Part shown: in pieces, positions 19,951 through 28,883 of the stretch
Layout: every line of letters starts with the position of its first letter
How positions within the stretch are numbered: position 1 is the first letter of the stretch
Origin: a virus
Reading direction: 5' to 3' (one strand)
UHGV virus genome: UHGV-0038498
Length of the DNA stretch: 64,000 nt
Made by a program: the position numbers and the translations under genes
The notes under the pieces: generated by a model
What the model saw: only the letters and a program-made list of their open reading frames with translations
The model's database searches: none
Told to the model about the DNA's origin: nothing

Positions 19951-20577
19951 ATGTATGAATACAAATTTGACGTGAGAGTTGGTTCTAAAATAATCAACTG
20001 TCGCGCATTTACTCTTAAAGAATATCTAGAACTTATTACTACTAAAAAGAACGGTTCAGTAGAAGAGATCGTTAAAAAGCTAATCAAAGACTGTACAAAT
20101 GCAAAAGATTTAAACCGTCAAGAATCAGAACTACTGCTGATTCATTTATGGGCACATTCTCTTGGAGAAGTTAATCACGAAAACTCCTGGAAGTGCATCT
20201 GTGGAACTGAAATACCAACCCATATAAATCTATTACATACACAAATAGATGCACCAGAAGACCTCTGGTATACACTGGGTGACATTAAAATTAAGTTCCA
20301 TTACCCTAAAATTTTTGATGATAAAAATATAGCCCACATGATAGTATCATGTATAGAAACGATTCATGCTAACGGTGAAAGCATTCCAGTTGAAGACTTA
20401 AATGAAAAAGAATTGGAAGATTTATATTCTATCATCACAGAGTCAGATATTGTAGCTATAAAAGATATGCTTTTAAAGCCTACTGTTTATTTGGCTGTTC
20501 CAATTAAGTGTCCAGAGTGTGGAAAAACTCACGCTCATGTAATAAGAGGACTCAAAGAATTCTTTGAGCTATTGTAA
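19951..20577 (+). CDS. 26: baseplate hub subunit
   Basis: 208 aa as T4 gp26; divergent from gene 51; TATAAATA upstream. Confidence 0.8.
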   Translation: MYEYKFDVRVGSKIINCRAFTLKEYLELITTKKNGSVEEIVKKLIKDCTNAKDLNRQESELLLIHLWAHSLGEVNHENSWKCICGTEIPTHINLLHTQIDAPEDLWYTLGDIKIKFHYPKIFDDKNIAHMIVSCIETIHANGESIPVEDLNEKELEDLYSIITESDIVAIKDMLLKPTVYLAVPIKCPECGKTHAHVIRGLKEFFELL

Positions 20578-20975
20578 TGGCAAATATTAATAAGCTTTAT
20601 TCTGACATTGACCCAGAAATGAAAATGGATTGGGACAAAGACGTTTCCAGATCTCTTGGATTAAGGTCAATTAAAAATAGCCTTTTAGGAATTATTACAA
20701 CCAGGAAAGGGTCAAGGCCATTTGACCCGGAATTTGGATGTGATTTATCTGACCAGCTTTTTGAGAATATGACTCCTCTTACTGCTGATACTGTTGAGCG
20801 TAACATTGAAAGCGCAGTAAGAAACTACGAGCCTCGTATTGATAAATTAGCAGTTAATGTAATACCAGTTTATGATGATTATACTCTGATAGTAGAAATA
20901 CGCTTTTCAGTCATCGATAACCCTGATGATATTGAGCAGATAAAACTGCAACTGGCTTCCAGTAACAGAGTATAA
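20577..20975 (+). CDS. 25: baseplate wedge protein (sheath-initiator, LysM-like fold)
   Basis: 132 aa as T4 gp25; position between 26 and uvsY. Confidence 0.85.
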   Translation: MANINKLYSDIDPEMKMDWDKDVSRSLGLRSIKNSLLGIITTRKGSRPFDPEFGCDLSDQLFENMTPLTADTVERNIESAVRNYEPRIDKLAVNVIPVYDDYTLIVEIRFSVIDNPDDIEQIKLQLASSNRV

Positions 20976-21041
20976 TGCTTCACGTATAAACGTGGTATAA
21001 TGAATCTAAGTCCATCCAATAACAATTGAATAGAGAACAAT

Positions 21042-21455
21042 ATGAAATTAGAAGATCTTCAAGAAGAATTGAAGAAAGATGTGTTTATAGATTCGACTAA
21101 ATTACAGTATGAAGCAGCTAATAATGTGATGTTATATAGTAAATGGCTTAATAAGCATTCAAGTATTAAAAAGGAAATGCTTAGAATTGAAGCACAGAAA
21201 AAAGTTGCTCTTAAAGCTAGATTAGACTACTACTCGGGACGAGGAGATGGTGATGAATTTAGTATGGACCGTTATGAGAAATCAGAAATGAAGACAGTTC
21301 TATCAGCTGATAAGGATGTTTTAAAAGTTGATACTTCATTGCAATATTGGGGAATTTTATTGGATTTCTGTAGCGGAGCTCTTGATGCTATTAAATCACG
21401 CGGATTTGCTATTAAGCATATTCAAGACATGCGAGCATTTGAGGCTGGAAAATAA
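21042..21455 (+). CDS. uvsY: recombination mediator UvsY
   Basis: 137 aa as T4 UvsY; position next to uvsW. Confidence 0.85.
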   Translation: MKLEDLQEELKKDVFIDSTKLQYEAANNVMLYSKWLNKHSSIKKEMLRIEAQKKVALKARLDYYSGRGDGDEFSMDRYEKSEMKTVLSADKDVLKVDTSLQYWGILLDFCSGALDAIKSRGFAIKHIQDMRAFEAGK

Positions 21456-21679
21456 TGAAATATAGCATTGATGATGCTTTTAATTATGAAGAAGAATTCG
21501 AAACGGAAATTCAATTCTTAATGAAAAAGTATAATCTCAAGCGTCAGGATATTCGTATCCTGGCCGACCACCCATGCGGTGAAGATGTACTTTATGTTAA
21601 AGGAAAATTTGCCGGATATCTCGATGAATATTTTTATTCTAAAGATATGGGCATTGATATGCATATGAGAGTTATATAA
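21455..21679 (+). CDS. hypothetical protein (74 aa)
   Basis: ATG overlaps uvsY stop; position of T4 uvsY.-1. Confidence 0.5.
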   Translation: MKYSIDDAFNYEEEFETEIQFLMKKYNLKRQDIRILADHPCGEDVLYVKGKFAGYLDEYFYSKDMGIDMHMRVI

Positions 21680-21682
21680 ATA
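21675..21682 (+). promoter_or_regulatory. late promoter (TATAAATA)
   Basis: Exact TATAAATA ~26 nt upstream of the 55-aa ORF ATG. Confidence 0.5.
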
Positions 21683-21707
21683 GATATATAATTTAGAGGA
21701 GACAATC

Positions 21708-21875
21708 ATGTCAGATAAGATTTGCGTTGTCTGTAAAACTCCAATCGATTCTGCATTGGTTGTTGAAACAGACAAAGGTCCTGTGCATCCTGGGCCTTGT
21801 TATAATTACATTAAAGAACTACCAGTTTCAGAAAGTTCGGAAGAACAATTAAATGAAACACAACTTTTGCTATAG
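21708..21875 (+). CDS. small Cys-pair protein (55 aa)
   Basis: Not in ORF track (<60 aa); AGGAGA RBS 6 nt upstream; TATAAATA at 21675; CVVCK...PGPC suggests zinc ribbon. Confidence 0.45.
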   Translation: MSDKICVVCKTPIDSALVVETDKGPVHPGPCYNYIKELPVSESSEEQLNETQLLL

Positions 21876-21930
21876 TGTGACCTTTAGTCTATAGTTTTGG
21901 CCCTTCCTTTTTGGTTGGGCCTTTTTTAAT

Positions 21931-22173
21931 TTAAAAGCTTTCTTCTACTTCATCGTCTGAATCTTCTAATTCAGCTCTTTTTCCTGCCAAAGCATCTCTC
22001 ACAGAGATGTCATCAGTATCTTTTAATTCAGTTTCTTTAACTCTTTTCTTGTAATAAGCTTCAAGTTCTTCTAGACCTTCTATCGTTTGACAAGAGGCAA
22101 TTTTACCCATAAATTCATCAATAGAAGCTTCATAAAGAAATTGTTTAAATTCTAGTAACATCTTTTTCTCCAA
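21931..22173 (-). CDS. small acidic protein downstream of uvsW (UvsW.1-like)
   Basis: 80 aa; GGAG RBS; immediately follows uvsW on minus strand. Confidence 0.55.
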   Translation of the reverse strand: MEKKMLLEFKQFLYEASIDEFMGKIASCQTIEGLEELEAYYKKRVKETELKDTDDISVRDALAGKRAELEDSDDEVEESF

Positions 22174-22186
22174 AGGGCCGAAGCCC

Positions 22187-23695
22187 TTATAAATTAACTG
22201 TTTTCATTACGTAATTAAATTTTTCATCTGCGTAGCGCTGAATACGATCAATGCCGTGTTTTAAAAGATAGTTCAAATGAACATATTTCTTTTTCGTATT
22301 AGCAGATTTTGGCTTAACACCACAATCATCGATGAGATCCCAGACTGTTGCGATTGTTTTAGAACCATGCTTACGTAATACGCGACCTATTGTTTGCAAT
22401 ACGATAATTTTAGATTTAACACCGTGTGCTAAAACAACGTGATGCAGATTTTTAACTGAAATACCAGTAGAAAATACACCATAACTAGCTACTATAATTA
22501 TTCCTTTACCGTTTTCAGCTAAGGTTTTCATTACGTTGCGGGTTTCGGTATCAACTTCTCCTGATACGTAATAAACTTTATCGTATTCATTTTTAATTAA
22601 ATCGAAAATAGCTTTACCGTGCGATACATGTTTAAACATGACAAAAGCGTTTTCATCTTTTTGCGCAAGCTTAATAGCTAATTTAGCGATCCATTTATTT
22701 CTTTTACTGAGTCCAGTAATAATTTTTATTTCTTCTTGGTAAGTTTTTCCCTTTAATTTAGTAGTGAACTCATCGGGATAGCGAAGAAAAATACTATTAA
22801 TTTTTAACTCAGTTACTTGTCCATCTTCCATTAATTTAGAAGTCGTTACTGGCTTAAATATTTCACCAAACATTCCAACATACTGCATGATATTAGCTTT
22901 GCCATCACGTAATGAACCAGATAAACCGAATTTGAACATGCAGTTATTTAAACCTGATATGATAGATGAAATACTTTTTCCTGTAGCAAGATGGCATTCA
23001 TCATTCATCATCATTCCAAACTGTGAGAACCATTCTTTTGGCTGTTTTACTACAGTTTGCCATGTACCAACAACGACTGGTGCATCATTTTTATATTTAT
23101 CATCTTTTGATGCTCCACCGCCGATTTTCTTTATCATTGCATGGCTGAATAAACGATAGTCAACAAAGTCATCAGCCATCTGAGTTGTCAGAGCAGTTGT
23201 TGGAACAATGATAAGAATTTTACCTTCATAATTTTCCAAATAATACCGAGCGAGCAAAGCTTGAATTAAAGATTTACCTGCGGATGTTGGAAGATTAAGA
23301 ATTCTACGACGATTAACTAATCCTTCGAACACTGCATCTTTTTGATACCAATGCGGTTCAATTCTTTTATTTCCTGAATAGATTTCTAATTTAGAAAGCC
23401 ATTCATCAAAATCTTTTCTTGATAATTCTTCTTTTTCGTTAATCTGTGGGTCAATCCAGGCTTTATAGCCAAAGTTATCGCAGAACTTTTTAATTTGCCC
23501 GACTAAACCAAACGGAAGAAGGCGATTATAATCTAATAGACGGATTCGTCCATCCCAGTTGCCATATCTGAAGCGAGGATTAAACCTATATCCATCGGCC
23601 TCAAACGAAAAGAAATCTCTTAATTCGTGGAACGTGCTCTCTTCACAATCGATGCGTACATGACTGAAGTCGTGAAAATGTACTTTAATATCCAT
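22187..23695 (-). CDS. uvsW: UvsW ATP-dependent DNA/RNA helicase
   Basis: 502 aa; Walker A (LPTSAGKS) and DExH (MMMNDECH) motifs; position. Confidence 0.9.
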   Translation of the reverse strand: MDIKVHFHDFSHVRIDCEESTFHELRDFFSFEADGYRFNPRFRYGNWDGRIRLLDYNRLLPFGLVGQIKKFCDNFGYKAWIDPQINEKEELSRKDFDEWLSKLEIYSGNKRIEPHWYQKDAVFEGLVNRRRILNLPTSAGKSLIQALLARYYLENYEGKILIIVPTTALTTQMADDFVDYRLFSHAMIKKIGGGASKDDKYKNDAPVVVGTWQTVVKQPKEWFSQFGMMMNDECHLATGKSISSIISGLNNCMFKFGLSGSLRDGKANIMQYVGMFGEIFKPVTTSKLMEDGQVTELKINSIFLRYPDEFTTKLKGKTYQEEIKIITGLSKRNKWIAKLAIKLAQKDENAFVMFKHVSHGKAIFDLIKNEYDKVYYVSGEVDTETRNVMKTLAENGKGIIIVASYGVFSTGISVKNLHHVVLAHGVKSKIIVLQTIGRVLRKHGSKTIATVWDLIDDCGVKPKSANTKKKYVHLNYLLKHGIDRIQRYADEKFNYVMKTVNL

Positions 23696-23697
23696 AA

Positions 23698-24315
23698 TTA
23701 TGCCTTACTAAATTTGCCTTTAGAGTCTCTTTTCATGAGACGACCTTTAATAAATCCGTCGGGAATAATACCGTCTGGTTGTATTAATTTATTTATTACG
23801 CCATTATTGACCCAAAAAGTTCCTGTAGTAGTCGGTTTAACTTTACATCCTTTTCTAGACTTTCTATTAGGATGAACCATTCCTTTTACAAATCCTTCTG
23901 GAATAAGTTCTCCAGGTTTAATAAAAATATTTTTAGTTCCATTAGTGTAACAAGTTGTACCTAATACCGTGCCCGGTGAGTTTTCAAATCTCTTAGCGGA
24001 AGATTCTTTCATCTTTGCTATAACCTCTGTAGTCATAACAATTCCACCAATTCCACCAGGTTTCATATTATAATAATTTTTGCTTTTTATTAGTTCAGGA
24101 GTTATAATTTCTTCTTCATACATGTACGCTTCTTCTGAAGTTTTAAACTCTTTTAGTATTTTTCTAGAGAAATTGTTTTCACCATATTTCTTTATAGCCT
24201 GCTGAATTGCCTTACCGGAACCAAGGTAGCCATCATTCAAGTCGTCAGTAGAGTGCTTTCCTATATACTTTTTACCATTTATTAGATTTGTTGTTTCATA
24301 TACAAAGTGGTACAT
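23698..24315 (-). CDS. segE: GIY-YIG homing endonuclease (SegE-like)
   Basis: 205 aa; GIY-YIG-type motifs (KYIGKHS, YLGSG); sits between uvsW and inh/hoc where I recall T4 segE. Confidence 0.7.
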   Translation of the reverse strand: MYHFVYETTNLINGKKYIGKHSTDDLNDGYLGSGKAIQQAIKKYGENNFSRKILKEFKTSEEAYMYEEEIITPELIKSKNYYNMKPGGIGGIVMTTEVIAKMKESSAKRFENSPGTVLGTTCYTNGTKNIFIKPGELIPEGFVKGMVHPNRKSRKGCKVKPTTTGTFWVNNGVINKLIQPDGIIPDGFIKGRLMKRDSKGKFSKA

Positions 24316-24343
24316 ACTATTTTCCGAGTAATAAATATATCTA

Positions 24344-24351
24344 TATTTATA
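24344..24351 (-). promoter_or_regulatory. late promoter (TATAAATA) upstream of segE-like gene
   Basis: TATTTATA on plus = TATAAATA on minus, 29 nt upstream of the endonuclease start. Confidence 0.5.
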
Positions 24352-24364
24352 CTGAGGAAATATT

Positions 24365-25045
24365 ATGATAGATAAAGATTATATTGCAGAGCTGAAGGCT
24401 CTTGATGATAATAAAGAAGCTAAAGCTAAATTAGCTGAATATGCTGAACAGTTTGGTATAAAGGTCAAAAAGAATAAATCTTTTGATAATATCGTTAATG
24501 ATATTGAAGAAGCCCTCCAGAAGCTCGCTAGTGAACCTATGCCAGAGACTGATGGGTTATCTATTAAAGACTTAATTAATGCTGCTGATGCTGCAGAGGG
24601 ATTAAAATATGACGATGAAGAAGTCAATCCAGAAGCAGCACTTCTGATTGATTCTCCGGTTAAATCTGATATTAAAATTGAAGTAGTCGAAACGGATAAA
24701 ATTCCTGAAAATACCGATGTTTTAATTGAAGATACTCCTTTTGTTGAAGAAAAATTCGAACAGGCTGTAACTGAGATTATTGAATCTGAAAAGCCGTCTG
24801 TATTTACTCTTCCGGAAAACTTTAGTCCGAATCTTCAGTTGATTGGAAAAAATCCAGGATTCTGCACTGTTCCTTGGTGGATTTATCAATGGATTGCTGA
24901 AACCCCAGATTGGAAATCTCACCCAACTAGTTTTGAACACGCGTCGGCACACCAAACTTTGTTTAGCTTAATTTATTACATTAATCGCGACGGATCAGTT
25001 CTAATTCGTGAAACACGTAATTCTTCTTTCGTAACATTAAAATAA
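24365..25045 (+). CDS. inh: prohead protease inhibitor Inh
   Basis: 226 aa, acidic; position immediately upstream of hoc; GAGG RBS. Confidence 0.6.
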   Translation: MIDKDYIAELKALDDNKEAKAKLAEYAEQFGIKVKKNKSFDNIVNDIEEALQKLASEPMPETDGLSIKDLINAADAAEGLKYDDEEVNPEAALLIDSPVKSDIKIEVVETDKIPENTDVLIEDTPFVEEKFEQAVTEIIESEKPSVFTLPENFSPNLQLIGKNPGFCTVPWWIYQWIAETPDWKSHPTSFEHASAHQTLFSLIYYINRDGSVLIRETRNSSFVTLK

Positions 25046-25054
25046 GGATAACTT

Positions 25055-25903
25055 ATGGCTTTTACAGTTGATATAACTCCTAAAACACCTACTGGAGTTA
25101 TAGATCAGACTCAGCAGTTTACTGCTACACCCAGTGGTCAAACTGGAGATGGACCTATTACATATGCCTGGACTGTAGACGACGCTCCACAGGAAGAAAC
25201 GTCAGCAACTTTTAGTTATGTACTAAAAGGACCTGCCGGTCAAAAAACTATTAAAGTAGTTGCAACAAACCCAGTTCCAGAAGCTGAAGCTGAAACAGCT
25301 ACAGTTACTACAACTATTACAGTTCAAAATAAGACACAGACGACTACATTAGCCGTAACTCCTGCTACTCCTCCGGAAGGAGTAATCGGAACAGCCGTTG
25401 AATTTACCGCTGCCTTAGCTTCACAGCCACCAAGTGCATCTGCTACATATCAATGGTACGTTGACGGTTCTCCTGTTAGTGAAGCAACTTCTGCTACATT
25501 CAATTACACTCCTTCGACAAGCGGAGTTAAAACAATTAAGTGTGTAGCTCAAGTAACTGCGGCAGATTATGATAGCAAAACTATCACAGCAGAAGGTCAA
25601 GTTCAGGTAACTGATAAAGTTGCTCCAGAACCAGAAGGTGAATTGCCTTATGTTCATCCTCTTCCACATCGTACTTCAGCTTATATCTGGTGCGGTTGGT
25701 GGGTTATGGATGAAATCCAAAAAATGACTGAAGAAGGTAAAGATTGGAAAACTGACGACCCAGATAGTAAGTACTACTTGCATCGTTACACTCTTCAGAA
25801 GATGATGAAAGACTATCCAGAAGTTGATGTTCAAGAATCACGTAATGGATACATCATTCATAAAACTGCTTTAGAAACTGGTATCATCTATACCTATCCA
25901 TAA
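25055..25903 (+). CDS. hoc: highly immunogenic outer capsid protein Hoc (two Ig-like repeats)
   Basis: 282 aa; Ig-like repeats and conserved C-terminal capsid-binding region (PYVHPLPHR...IIYTYP) as remembered for T4 Hoc. Confidence 0.85.
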   Translation: MAFTVDITPKTPTGVIDQTQQFTATPSGQTGDGPITYAWTVDDAPQEETSATFSYVLKGPAGQKTIKVVATNPVPEAEAETATVTTTITVQNKTQTTTLAVTPATPPEGVIGTAVEFTAALASQPPSASATYQWYVDGSPVSEATSATFNYTPSTSGVKTIKCVAQVTAADYDSKTITAEGQVQVTDKVAPEPEGELPYVHPLPHRTSAYIWCGWWVMDEIQKMTEEGKDWKTDDPDSKYYLHRYTLQKMMKDYPEVDVQESRNGYIIHKTALETGIIYTYP

Positions 25904-25908
25904 TCATA

Positions 25909-25935
25909 AGGGGCTTCGGCCCCTTTCTTCATTTT
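25909..25935 (+). terminator. rho-independent terminator after hoc
   Basis: Hairpin AGGGGC-TTCG-GCCCCT followed by T-rich run. Confidence 0.7.
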
Positions 25936-25992
25936 GAAAGCACACAAAACACAATCAGAAAATGATGTATATAATGGCACCAACTCGATAAC

Positions 25993-26208
25993 ATGAGATT
26001 GATTATGAGAACTGAGGTTGTGGTGTTTACTCTTCATGAGTCTGGAAAGTCATTCATTGAAATTGCTCGTGAATTGAACTTACAGGCAAAGGAAGTGGCT
26101 GTATTATGGGCTCGAGCTATGACTGCTAAGAATAAATTTGAAACTCGAGAAAAAGTTGTCTATAGAAAAAGACATATTAATAAAAAGGTGAAAAATGGAA
26201 CAGTATGA
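25993..26208 (+). CDS. hypothetical protein (71 aa)
   Basis: Small ORF between hoc and rnlB. Confidence 0.4.
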   Translation: MRLIMRTEVVVFTLHESGKSFIEIARELNLQAKEVAVLWARAMTAKNKFETREKVVYRKRHINKKVKNGTV

Positions 26209-26473
26209 TCTTTATGAAAATGAATCTTTTGCTAATCGATTACGCGAAAAAGCACTTAAAAGTAAACAGTTTAAGCTAGAGTGTTTTATTAAAGATTTTT
26301 CGGAACTTGCTAATAAAGCAGCTGAACAAGGTAAAACATATTTTAGTTATTATTGTACTGCTCGCGATAAATTGATTACTGAAGAAATTGGTGATTGGCT
26401 GAGAAAAGAAGGATTTAGCTTTAAAGTCAATAGTGATCAGCGTGATGGTGATTGGTTAGAAATTACATTTTGA
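26195..26473 (+). CDS. hypothetical protein (92 aa)
   Basis: ORF immediately upstream of rnlB. Confidence 0.5.
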   Translation: MEQYDLYENESFANRLREKALKSKQFKLECFIKDFSELANKAAEQGKTYFSYYCTARDKLITEEIGDWLRKEGFSFKVNSDQRDGDWLEITF

Positions 26474-26482
26474 GGATTAATT

Positions 26483-27487
26483 ATGTTTAAAAAGTATAGC
26501 AGTCTTGAAAATCATTACAATTCTAAATTCATTGAAAAACTTTACAGTTTAGGATTGACTGGCGGCGAATGGGTAGCTCGTGAAAAGATTCATGGTACAA
26601 ACTTTTCATTGATTATTGAGCGTGATAAAGTAATTTGTGCTAAACGTACTGGTCCTATTCTTCCTGCTGAAGATTTCTTTGGGTATGAAATTATTTTGAA
26701 GAATTACGCTGATTCCATTAAAGCAGTACAAGATATTATGGAAACTTCAGCGGTTGTATCTTATCAAGTCTTTGGCGAATTCGCTGGACCTGGCATTCAG
26801 AAGAATGTCGATTATGGCGATAAAGATTTTTATGTATTTGACATTATTGTTACTACAGAAAGTGGTGATGTGACTTATGTCGATGATTATATGATGGAAT
26901 CATTCTGCAATACATTTAAATTTAAAATGGCTCCACTTTTAGGTCGCGGTAAATTTGAAGAGCTTATTAAATTGCCAAATGATTTAGATTCTGTCGTCCA
27001 AGATTATAATTTTACAGTAGACCATGCTGGATTAGTTGATGCAAATAAATGCGTTTGGAATGCTGAAGCAAAAGGCGAAGTATTTACCGCTGAAGGATAT
27101 GTATTGAAACCTTGTTATCCTTCTTGGATGCCTAATGGCAATCGCGTAGCTATCAAATGCAAGAACTCTAAATTTAGTGAAAAGAAAAAGTCTGATAAGC
27201 CTATTAAAGCTAAAGTTGAACTGTCAGAAGCTGATAACAAATTGGTTGGAATTTTAGCTTGCTACGTTACACTGAACCGAGTAAATAACGTTATTTCTAA
27301 AATTGGCGAAATTGGTCCAAAAGATTTTGGAAAGGTGATGGGACTAACTGTTCAAGATATTTTGGAAGAAACTTCTCGTGAAGGTATTACTTTAGCTCAA
27401 GCGGATAATCCTTCTTTGATTAAGAAGGAATTAGTTAAAATGGTACAAGATGTACTTCGTCCGGCTTGGATTGAATTGGTAAGTTAA
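26483..27487 (+). CDS. rnlB: RNA ligase 2
   Basis: 334 aa; nucleotidyltransferase lysine motif KIHGTN near N-terminus as in T4 Rnl2. Confidence 0.9.
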   Translation: MFKKYSSLENHYNSKFIEKLYSLGLTGGEWVAREKIHGTNFSLIIERDKVICAKRTGPILPAEDFFGYEIILKNYADSIKAVQDIMETSAVVSYQVFGEFAGPGIQKNVDYGDKDFYVFDIIVTTESGDVTYVDDYMMESFCNTFKFKMAPLLGRGKFEELIKLPNDLDSVVQDYNFTVDHAGLVDANKCVWNAEAKGEVFTAEGYVLKPCYPSWMPNGNRVAIKCKNSKFSEKKKSDKPIKAKVELSEADNKLVGILACYVTLNRVNNVISKIGEIGPKDFGKVMGLTVQDILEETSREGITLAQADNPSLIKKELVKMVQDVLRPAWIELVS

Positions 27488-27492
27488 ATAAA

Positions 27493-27509
27493 AAGGGACC
27501 TTTCGGTCC
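27493..27509. terminator. bidirectional terminator between convergent rnlB and gene 24
   Basis: AGGGACC-TTTC-GGTCCCT with A-run upstream and T-run downstream. Confidence 0.7.
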
Positions 27510-27516
27510 CTTTGTT

Positions 27517-28800
27517 TTATTCATCAACGATAATTTTTGGTAGCTTAACACCTAATAAAACAGACAAATCTGAACGACCCGCCATTTTATCCATGTCTCC
27601 ACCATCAATTACTCTTGCTTCTTTTTCATCTTTTGCTACAGTGTAAGGATTTGCAGATAAAGCATATCTAACTAATAAACCGATAGATGGCTGCAAACTT
27701 TCTGGATCAACTACAACTTTAAATGCACCTACATGTTCAGGGTCATCTAAGTCAAGACCTTCTGTATACGGAGCATAGAAAATTGACCCAACAATTTCTT
27801 TTTCACCAATATTTTCTACTACGCCAACGATTACATAATCTAATGGGCTGTTGGTATCGCAATAAAGCGGTAAACCATTAGCTAAGAACCCATAGGCATT
27901 TTGTGAAAGATATTTATCATCTTCTGGTTTATGTTTTAACCAACCTGATGCAGCAAGAATCGCAGCAGCACGAGCTGAAGCAACACAGAACGTTGCAGTA
28001 TAAGTTGATTCTTTTTGGATATGCGAAACCATTTCACATACCATTCGGTATAATGAACGACCAGCTTCAGGTGCAGATGCATAACTCAAATCAATGAATC
28101 CAGTATCAGTAATTCCTGTAACTTTATAGCGTTTTGATACTGTAATCAAAGACTGCAGAATATCTTTATTGATTTCATCCGCCATTTCAGTTGCAAGCAA
28201 ATCTTCCAAGAAATTAGGAGCATCGAATCCGTTTGCTTCTAAATCTTGTGCTAATTCAACTGTGATGCCAGTTTTAAGTTTACGAGATTTAACTGCGGTT
28301 TGCCATTTATTAATCTGGAATCTAGCATCCGCAATTTCACTATCAGAGCTTTCAAATTTGCTTGTTACTGCAGCATCAGAAAATAGACGAACCTTTAAAA
28401 GAACGATTGCAATCTGAAGAGCTAATTCTAAATCGCTTTCTTCAATATCAGCAAATGGTGTATCTTCTAATACTTTATAAACGATATTATTATATTTGAA
28501 TAAATCGCCTTTATTGAGAGTTAATTTAGACTCTTCTGTTAATTCTGTGATTTGTTCTCGGTCTACGTATCCAGCTTCGCCAGCGTAAGTAGCACCAGTT
28601 TTAAATGTAAATTCGTTATCTGGGTTAAGGTATTTGATACCGTAAAAAGCAGCAACAGGTTGATTAGTTCTTTGCGTTGCTACAATGTCAGAATATATTA
28701 ATTTAGTGGTAGCGCGAGTCAAAGCAACGAGATTTGGGCGACCGATTGAGTTGCTATTCGTTGTGGTTGATTCGCGCAGAAGTTCGTTGATTTTAGCCAT
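27517..28800 (-). CDS. 24: capsid vertex protein
   Basis: 427 aa as T4 gp24; next to gene 23; late promoter upstream. Confidence 0.9.
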   Translation of the reverse strand: MAKINELLRESTTTNSNSIGRPNLVALTRATTKLIYSDIVATQRTNQPVAAFYGIKYLNPDNEFTFKTGATYAGEAGYVDREQITELTEESKLTLNKGDLFKYNNIVYKVLEDTPFADIEESDLELALQIAIVLLKVRLFSDAAVTSKFESSDSEIADARFQINKWQTAVKSRKLKTGITVELAQDLEANGFDAPNFLEDLLATEMADEINKDILQSLITVSKRYKVTGITDTGFIDLSYASAPEAGRSLYRMVCEMVSHIQKESTYTATFCVASARAAAILAASGWLKHKPEDDKYLSQNAYGFLANGLPLYCDTNSPLDYVIVGVVENIGEKEIVGSIFYAPYTEGLDLDDPEHVGAFKVVVDPESLQPSIGLLVRYALSANPYTVAKDEKEARVIDGGDMDKMAGRSDLSVLLGVKLPKIIVDE

Positions 28801-28827
28801 TGCGCTTTCCTTTTGGTTTATATGATT

Positions 28828-28835
28828 TATTTATA
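28828..28835 (-). promoter_or_regulatory. late promoter for gene 24
   Basis: TATAAATA on minus strand 28 nt upstream of gene 24 ATG, just after the gene 23 terminator. Confidence 0.7.
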
Positions 28836-28849
28836 CCATAAAAACAACT

Positions 28850-28869
28850 AAAGGGACCCGAAGGTCCCT
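28850..28869 (-). terminator. terminator after gene 23
   Basis: Hairpin AAGGGACC-CGAA-GGTCCCTT followed (minus strand) by T-rich run, then late promoter for 24. Confidence 0.7.
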
Positions 28870-28883
28870 TAAATCGTCAAAGA

